Source of the DNA: a virus
Taxonomy: Duplodnaviria; Caudoviricetes
Length of the DNA stretch: 34,553 nucleotides
Strand: one strand, 5' to 3'
IMG/VR virus record: IMGVR_UViG_3300045999_000501
Coordinates: 1-34,553 of that record
Shown: in pieces, positions 7,396 to 14,418 of the stretch
Layout of the letters: the number at the start of each line of letters is the position of its first letter
Position numbering within the stretch: the stretch's first letter is position 1
The notes under the pieces: model-generated
The model's database searches: none
The model's input: only the letters and a program-made list of their open reading frames with translations
What the model was told of the DNA's origin: nothing
Program-made: the position numbers and the translations under genes

Positions 7396-7574
7396 GTGAA
7401 GAAAATTCTGGCAATAAGTTTATTAAAATTATGTTAGAAGGATTTCCCAAATCTGTATATAGAGCTGTCATGGATGATGGCAGAACATTTAAAAGCAAAG
7501 GATACGATCATGTTAAAATGGAGTTTGAATCAAGCAAATCTAAACGCCTTCGTAGAGAAACTAAAGACTCTTGA
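7392..7574 (+). CDS. Hypothetical protein
   Basis: AAGGAG RBS; ATGA overlap. Confidence 0.55.
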   Translation: MSEENSGNKFIKIMLEGFPKSVYRAVMDDGRTFKSKGYDHVKMEFESSKSKRLRRETKDS

Positions 7575-7863
7575 TTGGTCTAAACGTTGGTACGTTACAG
7601 TTACAGATAAATCTAATCGCAGTTTGGAACAAAATTTACGCCTGTGGGAATTGTATACAAGCATAGGTAATCATTTAGGGATTGAGAAAGATAAAATACA
7701 CGAACTCATGGGATATAAATTCTTACGTTATCAAACTGAAATTGCTGGTATGCCAGTAGAGATTGTTAAGTCTACCACTAAACTAACTACAACTGAAATG
7801 TCAGAATATCAACACCAAATAGAAATTTGGGCGCAAACTATGGGATGGGGTTGGGATTTATGA
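7474..7863 (+). CDS. NinB-like recombination protein (start may be 7510)
   Basis: RSLEQN.RLW and STTKLTTTEMSEY..QIE.W motifs. Confidence 0.75.
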   Translation: MMAEHLKAKDTIMLKWSLNQANLNAFVEKLKTLDWSKRWYVTVTDKSNRSLEQNLRLWELYTSIGNHLGIEKDKIHELMGYKFLRYQTEIAGMPVEIVKSTTKLTTTEMSEYQHQIEIWAQTMGWGWDL

Positions 7864-8150
7864 ACTATAGAAACCCTAAATTATTAAAATTAGCAGAATA
7901 TTCACCATGTATGATGTGTTCTATTTTAGATGGCACTATTGTAGCTGCACATAGTAATCAGTTAAGAGATGGTAAAGGGACAGGTATAAAAGCACATGAC
8001 CACCGTATAGCTTTTTTATGCCACCAATGCCACCACATAATAGATAATGACAAAAGTTTAGATAAACATGATAGAATAGCAGCATGGGAAGAAGCGCACA
8101 GAAAAACTATAGGTTGGCTATTCACTAACGATTATATAGGGGTAAAATGA
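7860..8150 (+). CDS. DUF1364/YbcO-like Zn-binding putative nuclease
   Basis: CMMC, VAAHSN...GKGTGIKAHD...AFLCHQCH; ATGA overlap at 7860. Confidence 0.75.
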   Translation: MNYRNPKLLKLAEYSPCMMCSILDGTIVAAHSNQLRDGKGTGIKAHDHRIAFLCHQCHHIIDNDKSLDKHDRIAAWEEAHRKTIGWLFTNDYIGVK

Positions 8151-8257
8151 AATATTTAGTGGGATTTATTGGTATATGCTTTTTACCTTTTGCAATAGTA
8201 TTTGTAGCTTTTGAAGCAGCTTGTAATTATGTAGCTAGTGTTTGTAAAGAGGAGTAA
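8147..8257 (+). CDS. Small membrane protein, 36 aa (MKYLVGFIGICFLPFAIVFVAFEAACNYVASVCKEE)
   Basis: ATGA overlap; fills the gap exactly. Confidence 0.55.
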   Translation: MKYLVGFIGICFLPFAIVFVAFEAACNYVASVCKEE

Positions 8258-8259
8258 TT

Positions 8260-8586
8260 ATGGCATCTAAAAACGATATAACAGGTGATGTATTGCAATC
8301 ACGCATGAATAGTAAACAGTTTGAAGAAAACTTTGATCTTATATTTCGTAGTCATTTAAAAGCACACAAAGAAACACATGAGCAGTTATCTCGTATTGAT
8401 ACCATAGGTCAAAATGGTAATGAAGGATTGCATTACGAACCTGATGATGGCCAACTTACAGATGAACAATACGCAAAGATTAAAGAATATGAATACGAAT
8501 TAAACAAGTCTACAGGTGATGTAGAAAAACGTTTTACGGATGGCATATCTAAACCTAATGGAGAACAATTTAATAATGTCAAATAA
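8260..8586 (+). CDS. Hypothetical protein
   Basis: GAGGAG RBS. Confidence 0.65.
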   Translation: MASKNDITGDVLQSRMNSKQFEENFDLIFRSHLKAHKETHEQLSRIDTIGQNGNEGLHYEPDDGQLTDEQYAKIKEYEYELNKSTGDVEKRFTDGISKPNGEQFNNVK

Positions 8587-9175
8587 AGACTGGACAGGCA
8601 ATAGTGTAGCTTACGCTAAAACATTAGGGGCAAGTAGTCACGCTAGTTATGAAAGAGAAAAAAATGATTACTATGCTACAGAACCTAAAGCTGTTAAATT
8701 ATTTCTTGAAGTAGAAAAGTTTGAAGGTAAAATTTGGGAATGTGCTTGTGGAGAAGGCAGCCTTTCTGAAGAAATGAAAAGACTTGGATATGACGTATAT
8801 AGTTCTGATTTAGTTGATAGGGGTTATGGGGAAGTAAAAGACTTTTTGTCTATAAAAAATAATCAACAAACAGATATGAACATTATTACCAATCCACCAT
8901 ACAAATATGCTAATGATTTTATAGTAAAGGCATTATCTATTATGCAACATGGTAAAAAGTTATCATTATTTTTGCCAATAAGATATTTAGAGGGTAAAGC
9001 ACGTAAAAAAATATTTAAAGAAAATCCACCTAAAATTATTTATGTAAGTAGTAGCAGATTAATATGTGCAATCAATGGTGAATTTCATAAACAAAAAGGT
9101 TCAGCAGTTTCTTATGCTTGGTTTGTATGGGAAAAAGGTTATCAAGGCTCAACAACTATAGATTGGTTTAATTAA
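8576..9175 (+). CDS. Orphan amino (N6-adenine-type) DNA methyltransferase
   Basis: DYYATEP, WECACGEG (SAM binding), ITNPPY (catalytic), YAWFVW; GGAG before ATG 8576. Confidence 0.85.
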   Translation: MSNKDWTGNSVAYAKTLGASSHASYEREKNDYYATEPKAVKLFLEVEKFEGKIWECACGEGSLSEEMKRLGYDVYSSDLVDRGYGEVKDFLSIKNNQQTDMNIITNPPYKYANDFIVKALSIMQHGKKLSLFLPIRYLEGKARKKIFKENPPKIIYVSSSRLICAINGEFHKQKGSAVSYAWFVWEKGYQGSTTIDWFN

Positions 9176-9492
9176 TGGCAACTAGCCCAACGCAGTTAAG
9201 TCTTAAGAAGTTAAGAGAAGAAGGATATACTGTTGCAATAGTAGAACACTACAATTATTTTGCTAAAATACGCCAAGATTTATTTGGTTTTATAGATATA
9301 CTAGCTTTAAAAGGTAAAGAAGTTTTAGCTGTTCAGACCACCACCGCCACAAATATGTCAGCGAGAATAACTAAAATTGGCAATAACGATTATGTAGGTG
9401 CAGTTCGTGAAGCTGGCTGGACTATTCATGTACATGGATGGCATCAAGACGATAAAAAGAAATGGCATTGTAAAGTTAAGGATGTTAGTTGA
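9175..9492 (+). CDS. PD-(D/E)XK nuclease, Holliday-junction-resolvase-like
   Basis: L..EGY.V, FGFIDILAL and LAVQ motifs. Confidence 0.6.
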   Translation: MATSPTQLSLKKLREEGYTVAIVEHYNYFAKIRQDLFGFIDILALKGKEVLAVQTTTATNMSARITKIGNNDYVGAVREAGWTIHVHGWHQDDKKKWHCKVKDVS

Positions 9493-9869
9493 AATTTCAA
9501 TCAGAACAGTATTACCATCAATACAAAGATGCAGTCATGGAAGCAATAGGTGAAGATAAAATGACTTGCCAAGAAATGTCTAAGAAATTAGATGTACATT
9601 ACAACAGAATTAAATGGGTAATGTTTAGGCTTAGAAACGAAGAACATCTTTCATCACATAAAGTAAATGATGTTGCGTATTACTACAAACCTAAACCACC
9701 TTTATTACAAGACATATTTGGTCACAAGGTAAACTTTACGGAAGATCAAATTAAAGGATCACAAATATATAACGAAAAAGACGCTAAACATAATTTAAGA
9801 TTTAATACAGAAAACGAATCATTTGGACATACAACACTTGGTGGTGACGGAGTTAAAATAGGAACATGA
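9489..9869 (+). CDS. Winged-HTH DNA-binding protein (TTG start)
   Basis: MTCQEMSKKLDV....IKWVMFRL; TTGA overlap. Confidence 0.55.
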   Translation: MKFQSEQYYHQYKDAVMEAIGEDKMTCQEMSKKLDVHYNRIKWVMFRLRNEEHLSSHKVNDVAYYYKPKPPLLQDIFGHKVNFTEDQIKGSQIYNEKDAKHNLRFNTENESFGHTTLGGDGVKIGT

Positions 9870-9988
9870 CACAAGAAGATATTATTGTTATATATAAAAA
9901 AGTATTTCCTACAGGATACGAACCAATTACTGTAGAACGTATGATACGGTTTGCTAGGCTTGTAGAGGAACATGTTAAAAATGCTTAG
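9866..9988 (+). CDS. Small hypothetical protein, 40 aa (MTQEDIIVIYKKVF...RFARLVEEHVKNA)
   Basis: ATGA overlap; tiles the operon. Confidence 0.6.
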   Translation: MTQEDIIVIYKKVFPTGYEPITVERMIRFARLVEEHVKNA

Positions 9989-10313
9989 CATGGATCGTTT
10001 ATTATGTATATGTGAGGACTGGGCATTGTATATGAAATCTCATGATAGCCATAAACTGGGATACCCTAAAAGTGCAGTTGGCTTTAGTTCAGGCGGTGAA
10101 TCTACAGCAGATGCGTTTGAGGATATGGTATCAGCACAAGACTTAAAGAATGTACACACAATAGACTCAATCATACATAGTTTACCTAAAGAACAGCAAG
10201 ACGCTATTTATTGTAGGTTTCTTAAAACTAGAAAACCTTTTGCATACGAGTTTAAATTAGAGTTGGCTATGGATAACCTTATAACTATTGGTGGCAGACG
10301 TATAAATGCCTAA
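9981..10313 (+). CDS. Q-like late antiterminator/activator
   Basis: L..W..YM...LGYP and ID..I.SLP..QQ.AI..R pattern; last gene before a promoter-terminator pair. Confidence 0.6.
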   Translation: MLSMDRLLCICEDWALYMKSHDSHKLGYPKSAVGFSSGGESTADAFEDMVSAQDLKNVHTIDSIIHSLPKEQQDAIYCRFLKTRKPFAYEFKLELAMDNLITIGGRRINA

Positions 10314-10320
10314 AATAAAA

Positions 10321-10349
10321 TACACAAGCATGGTGAATTTTGATATAAT
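10321..10349 (+). promoter_or_regulatory. Late promoter (pR'-like)
   Basis: TACACA, 17 nt, TATAAT with TGn extension; a second -10-like GATAAT at 10361-10366. Confidence 0.7.
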
Positions 10350-10384
10350 CGCAGTTGTGGGATAATTGTATCTATATGTTCCAT

Positions 10385-10412
10385 AAGCTCACTTAAAACG
10401 TGGGCTTTTTTT
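10385..10412 (+). terminator. Intrinsic terminator (tR'-like)
   Basis: aagctcac-ttaaaac-gtgggctt followed by a T-run. Confidence 0.8.
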
Positions 10413-10436
10413 ATATCTATTATTCGGAGCATTAAA

Positions 10437-10598
10437 ATTAAAATTGCTGTATGTGAAAGTTGCGGAGATGTGTACGACTACACAGGCTACCCCACTTGCC
10501 CTGAATGTATTAGAGATGGTGATACTACCAAGAAGTCTACAGATATACCCAAATTACTCCAGAAAGACCAAGATGCCTTACACAGCCAAACAAAATAA
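10437..10598 (+). CDS. Zinc-ribbon protein, 53 aa, ATT start (IKIAVCESCGDVYDYTGYPTCPECIRDG...)
   Basis: CESC...CPEC; GGAG 7 nt before ATT; no in-frame ATG/GTG/TTG upstream of the first CxxC. Confidence 0.6.
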   Translation: MKIAVCESCGDVYDYTGYPTCPECIRDGDTTKKSTDIPKLLQKDQDALHSQTK

Positions 10599-10734
10599 AT
10601 TATTTAGAGCTGCGGAACATAATCCAGAGATTGCTAAAAAAGTTGGCATACCACAGGCTACTGCTGCAAAACTAGCATCAGAAGGCATAAAGAAAAACCC
10701 ACATAAACTTGCTAAAGCACTAATGAGAAAATAA
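10573..10734 (+). CDS. Small basic protein (MPYTAKQNKLFRAAEHNP...KLAKALMRK)
   Basis: ATG 10573 preferred over track start 10444, which overlaps the zinc-ribbon gene. Confidence 0.65.
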   Translation: MPYTAKQNKLFRAAEHNPEIAKKVGIPQATAAKLASEGIKKNPHKLAKALMRK

Positions 10735-10735
10735 T

Positions 10736-11059
10736 ATGATTGGTTCACCAGAAAATAACTTTCAAACAATGATAACACCACAAACTACACCACAGCCACG
10801 CAATGTGATGTTAGGACAGGCTTTGCAAAACATGCCAAAACAGCCTAAAATGTTATCACCGAACCAATATGGTAACCCTACTCCACAAATGAGTAGCACA
10901 CAGATGCCACAATCAAACGTATCATTTAACATGCAACCACCTATACCTAACATGAATCAAACACCACAAGGCCCTATGAGCATACAACAAACTCAAGGCC
11001 AAAACAGATTTGGTGTAGGACTAGCAAGATCAATGCCACAATCAACTCAGGTATCCTAA
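10736..11059 (+). CDS. Q/P/M/N-rich low-complexity protein
   Basis: Tiles the operon; strongly biased composition. Confidence 0.6.
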   Translation: MIGSPENNFQTMITPQTTPQPRNVMLGQALQNMPKQPKMLSPNQYGNPTPQMSSTQMPQSNVSFNMQPPIPNMNQTPQGPMSIQQTQGQNRFGVGLARSMPQSTQVS

Positions 11060-11060
11060 C

Positions 11061-11417
11061 ATGAATGAATTTATCGCCACACTATTCTTAACTAGAGAAC
11101 TAGCACATAGATACCACTTATCTACTAAAAGCTACTCACAGCACAAAGCTTTAGGTAATTTCTACGAAGATTTACTAGACTTAATAGATGATCTAGCAGA
11201 AATGACACAAGGCGCACATGGCTTACTAGACATACCTATTCTTACAGAAAAGAAATCATACAAAGAAGCTCTATACTGTATCGCAGACAAACTACAATAT
11301 GTAGAATCTAATCGCTATAAAGCATATAGCAAACAAGACACAGCTATACAAAACAAGATAGACGAAATCGTAGCAGTATTTTTAAGCACTATTTACAAAC
11401 TAGAAAACTTAAAGTAA
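11061..11417 (+). CDS. Ferritin/Dps-like four-helix-bundle protein (DUF5856-like)
   Basis: AHRYHL...YSQHKALGNFYE.L..LID.LAE..QG and C-terminal IDEI......YKL. Confidence 0.8.
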   Translation: MNEFIATLFLTRELAHRYHLSTKSYSQHKALGNFYEDLLDLIDDLAEMTQGAHGLLDIPILTEKKSYKEALYCIADKLQYVESNRYKAYSKQDTAIQNKIDEIVAVFLSTIYKLENLK

Positions 11418-11426
11418 GGCTATAAA

Positions 11427-11600
11427 ATGACAGATAGCAAACCTGGACTATGGGCTAATATTCATGCTAAACGCAAAAGAATAGAAGCTGGATCAGGTGA
11501 ACGTATGCGTGAGCCTGGAAGCAAGGGTGCGCCATCAAAACAAGACTTTAAAAACTCACAAGCTGATCCTAAAAAATTAGCTAAAGCTCTAAAGTATTAA
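11427..11600 (+). CDS. Small basic protein, 57 aa (MTDSKPGLWANIHAKRKRIEAGSGERMREPGSKGAPSKQDFKNSQADPKKLAKALKY)
   Basis: Fills the gap; GL.ANIHAKRKRI..GSGE.MR.PGSKGAP is a motif I recognise from phage late regions. Confidence 0.75.
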   Translation: MTDSKPGLWANIHAKRKRIEAGSGERMREPGSKGAPSKQDFKNSQADPKKLAKALKY

Positions 11601-11608
11601 GTACAATC

Positions 11609-12502
11609 ATGGCAAGCCTAAGGGATACACTAGCTAACCTTGTAGAACAATACAAGGCAAGTGACACCCCAATGGCAAACTTAATGCGTGGTGACACAGA
11701 GGGTGCTAAGAAATCAGCAGCAAATGCGTTTGAAGGAATGGTTAAAGATCCTTATGGTGGATTAAACGCTTCTACAACAGTAGGATCAAAGTTAGCACCT
11801 ATGTTATTAGGTCATACAGCTTATCATGGTAGCCCACATTTATTTGATAAATTTATACTTGATAAATTAGGAACTGGTGAAGGCGCACAAGCATTTGGTC
11901 ATGGGATGTATTTTGCAGAAAATCCAAAAGTTGCAGAGGTTTATCAAAAGATAGTTCAAGGCCCTGAATCAACTGCTCAAGAATATTTAAAGATGTATAA
12001 AACCCCTGAAAATGCTATTTCTGCATTAGAAAGTGGAATAACACCAAATTTAACTGCTACAGCAAAAAAACATTCTCAGGATGCTATTGATGTATTAAAA
12101 TCAGGTAAAGAACTAACAGGAAATATTTATAAAGTAGATATACCTGATGAATATCTACCTAAAATGTTAGATTGGGATAAACCATTAAAAGAACAAAATT
12201 TTTCATTACTAGATTATGTGGATTATATTCCACCATCTCAACGTGATACTTTAAGTAAAGTAACATCTGATTTAAAAAATAGCGATCTTCCAGCAAGTTC
12301 TTTTTATGAAACTTTATCTCAAGAATTAGGTTCTCCAAAAAAAGCTAGTGAAGCATTAAACAAAGCTGGAATACCAGGCATTAAATATTTAGATGCTATG
12401 AGTAGAGAAGCTGGTGGAACAAGAAATTTTGTAGTATTTGATCCAAACGAAGTAAAAATATTAGACAAAAGTAAAAAACTATCAGATTTATTGAAACAAT
12501 AA
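11609..12502 (+). CDS. ADP-ribosyltransferase-fold protein (similar to ART domains of phage polyvalent proteins)
   Basis: AYHGSPH.FDKF, GEGAQAFGHGMYFAE....A..Y, GNIYKVDIP, GIPGIKYLD, NFVVFD. Confidence 0.65.
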   Translation: MASLRDTLANLVEQYKASDTPMANLMRGDTEGAKKSAANAFEGMVKDPYGGLNASTTVGSKLAPMLLGHTAYHGSPHLFDKFILDKLGTGEGAQAFGHGMYFAENPKVAEVYQKIVQGPESTAQEYLKMYKTPENAISALESGITPNLTATAKKHSQDAIDVLKSGKELTGNIYKVDIPDEYLPKMLDWDKPLKEQNFSLLDYVDYIPPSQRDTLSKVTSDLKNSDLPASSFYETLSQELGSPKKASEALNKAGIPGIKYLDAMSREAGGTRNFVVFDPNEVKILDKSKKLSDLLKQ

Positions 12503-12529
12503 CGAGGAATTGGGCTACCCCAATTATGA

Positions 12530-12820
12530 GTGATGAATGAAAACAAAGACTTAGGAATTGAAAATACCCAAAACAAAAGGGGTGCGCCAGTAGGTAATAC
12601 TAACGCTGTAAAGCCTAAAGTATGGAGTGACGCATTACGCAAAGCTATAGTTCAAGGACAAAACCTAGACTTATTAGCTCATGCTCTAGTAGAAAAAGCA
12701 TTAGCAGGTGATATTACAGCTTTAAAAGAGTTAGGCGATAGATTAGAAGGTAAAGCTACACAGCAAGTAGATCAAAAAACTGAACATAGTGGTGAAGTCA
12801 CTTACACATGGAAGAAGTAG
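12530..12820 (+). CDS. terS: Terminase small subunit (start 12530 GTG or 12533 ATG)
   Basis: GAPVGNTNA motif, A..GD..A.KEL.DRLEGK; overlaps terL. Confidence 0.7.
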   Translation: MMNENKDLGIENTQNKRGAPVGNTNAVKPKVWSDALRKAIVQGQNLDLLAHALVEKALAGDITALKELGDRLEGKATQQVDQKTEHSGEVTYTWKK

Positions 12821-14139
12821 TAATACCCTACACACCTAGAGAAGCGTTTTATCCATTACACGATAGTGATAAAAGATGGATGGTGGTAGTAGCTCACCGT
12901 AGAGCTGGTAAAACTGTAGCGTGTGTTAATCATCTTATACGAGATGCTATGACTACACATAGGTCTGATTTTAGAGGTGCTTACATAGCTCCATTCTATC
13001 GTCAGGCTAAATCAGTTGCATGGGATTACTTTAAATACTTTACAAGAGTTATACAAGGCACAACAATTAACGAGTCTGAAATGCGAATAGACTTTGCTAA
13101 CGGTGCAAGAATACAATTATTTGGTGCAGATAATGCAGACACATTACGAGGTCTGTTCTTTGATTGCATCATAGCTGACGAGTATGGTGACTGGAAACCG
13201 TCAGTATGGAATTATGTTATACGCCCAGCGTTAGCCGATAGACAAGGTAAAGCTATTATTATTGGCACACCTAAAGGTCGCAATCAATTCTGGGAAGTGT
13301 ATAACAGAGCTACCACCAGTAGCGAATGGCTGGCACTCAAGATCACAGCATCAGAAAGTAATATACTTCTGCCAAGCGAGTATCAATCTCTAAAGGATGA
13401 GATGACGGAAGACGCATGGCGACAAGAGATGGAATGTGATTTTGACGCTGCTATACCTGGTGCAATATGGGGTAGAGAGTTATATATGGCAGAGCAAGAA
13501 GGCCGTATCACAGAAGTTCCTTATGACAAAGAAATGCCTGTACACACAGTATGGGATCTAGGTTATAGTGATGATACTGCTATATGGTTCTATCAGGTCA
13601 TTCATGGTGAAGTCCATGTCATTGACTATTATGCTTCAAGTGGTAAAGAAATAGCTCACTATGCTGCGCAAGTGCTTACCAAACCCTATAAGTTTGGCAG
13701 ACATTATCTACCACATGACGCTAAAGCTAAGACGCTAGCATCTGGTGGTAAATCTATCGTAGAGCAATTAGCTACGCACTTTGAATGGAAGAACATGGGT
13801 ATTACTACCAATCTATCTATGATGGATGGTATACAGGCTGCAAGGTTAATGTTCCCAAGAGTATGGATAGATAAAGAGAATTGCTTAGACGGATTAGAAG
13901 CTCTAAAGCAATATCAACGTGAATGGGATGAGGATCGCAAGATATTCAAAGACAAACCTAAACACGATTGGACATCTCATGCTGCTGACGCATTTAGATA
14001 CTTAGCTGTATGTTGGCAAGAAGAAGCTAAGCCTGAGAAGAAAGATGACAAGCCTAGAGGTATTCATGTAGGTCAAACAGAAGTAACATTAAACGAATTA
14101 TGGGAATCAGTCCCTAAAACACAAGGTGGAAGGATCTAA
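12808..14139 (+). CDS. terL: Terminase large subunit
   Basis: HRRAGKT Walker A, IIADE Walker B, GTPKG, WDLG and HAADAFRY nuclease motifs. Confidence 0.95.
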   Translation: MEEVVIPYTPREAFYPLHDSDKRWMVVVAHRRAGKTVACVNHLIRDAMTTHRSDFRGAYIAPFYRQAKSVAWDYFKYFTRVIQGTTINESEMRIDFANGARIQLFGADNADTLRGLFFDCIIADEYGDWKPSVWNYVIRPALADRQGKAIIIGTPKGRNQFWEVYNRATTSSEWLALKITASESNILLPSEYQSLKDEMTEDAWRQEMECDFDAAIPGAIWGRELYMAEQEGRITEVPYDKEMPVHTVWDLGYSDDTAIWFYQVIHGEVHVIDYYASSGKEIAHYAAQVLTKPYKFGRHYLPHDAKAKTLASGGKSIVEQLATHFEWKNMGITTNLSMMDGIQAARLMFPRVWIDKENCLDGLEALKQYQREWDEDRKIFKDKPKHDWTSHAADAFRYLAVCWQEEAKPEKKDDKPRGIHVGQTEVTLNELWESVPKTQGGRI

Positions 14140-14140
14140 A

Positions 14141-14416
14141 ATGGCAGGAACAAATCAAAACGTAGGTGGTTATAAACTTATATCAGCAACAGGTAACGTA
14201 TCACCTTTCGGTGCTAGTTTACTAGGCATATTTGTTTCATCATCATCATCTGGCACAATTACAGTTTATGATAGTGCAACTAATACAACAACAGCTAAAG
14301 TAATTGACACAGTATCAGTATCAGCCGGCACTTGGTATCCAATGCCTGTAGGTACAACTGCTGGCATCTACATTGTTGTAGGTGGTACTCTTAGTGCTAC
14401 TGTGGTATTTGCATAA
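14141..14416 (+). CDS. Small beta-rich virion-associated protein
   Basis: AAGGA before ATG 14141; between terL and portal. Confidence 0.6.
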   Translation: MAGTNQNVGGYKLISATGNVSPFGASLLGIFVSSSSSGTITVYDSATNTTTAKVIDTVSVSAGTWYPMPVGTTAGIYIVVGGTLSATVVFA

Positions 14417-14418
14417 GC

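Noticed and set aside
8576-9492. Methyltransferase plus nuclease as a restriction-modification pair
   Set aside because: The 105-aa nuclease resembles nin-region resolvases; orphan methyltransferases are routine here
10444-10572. 5' extension of the 96-aa track ORF
   Set aside because: Overlaps the better supported zinc-ribbon frame; ATG 10573 gives a plausible protein
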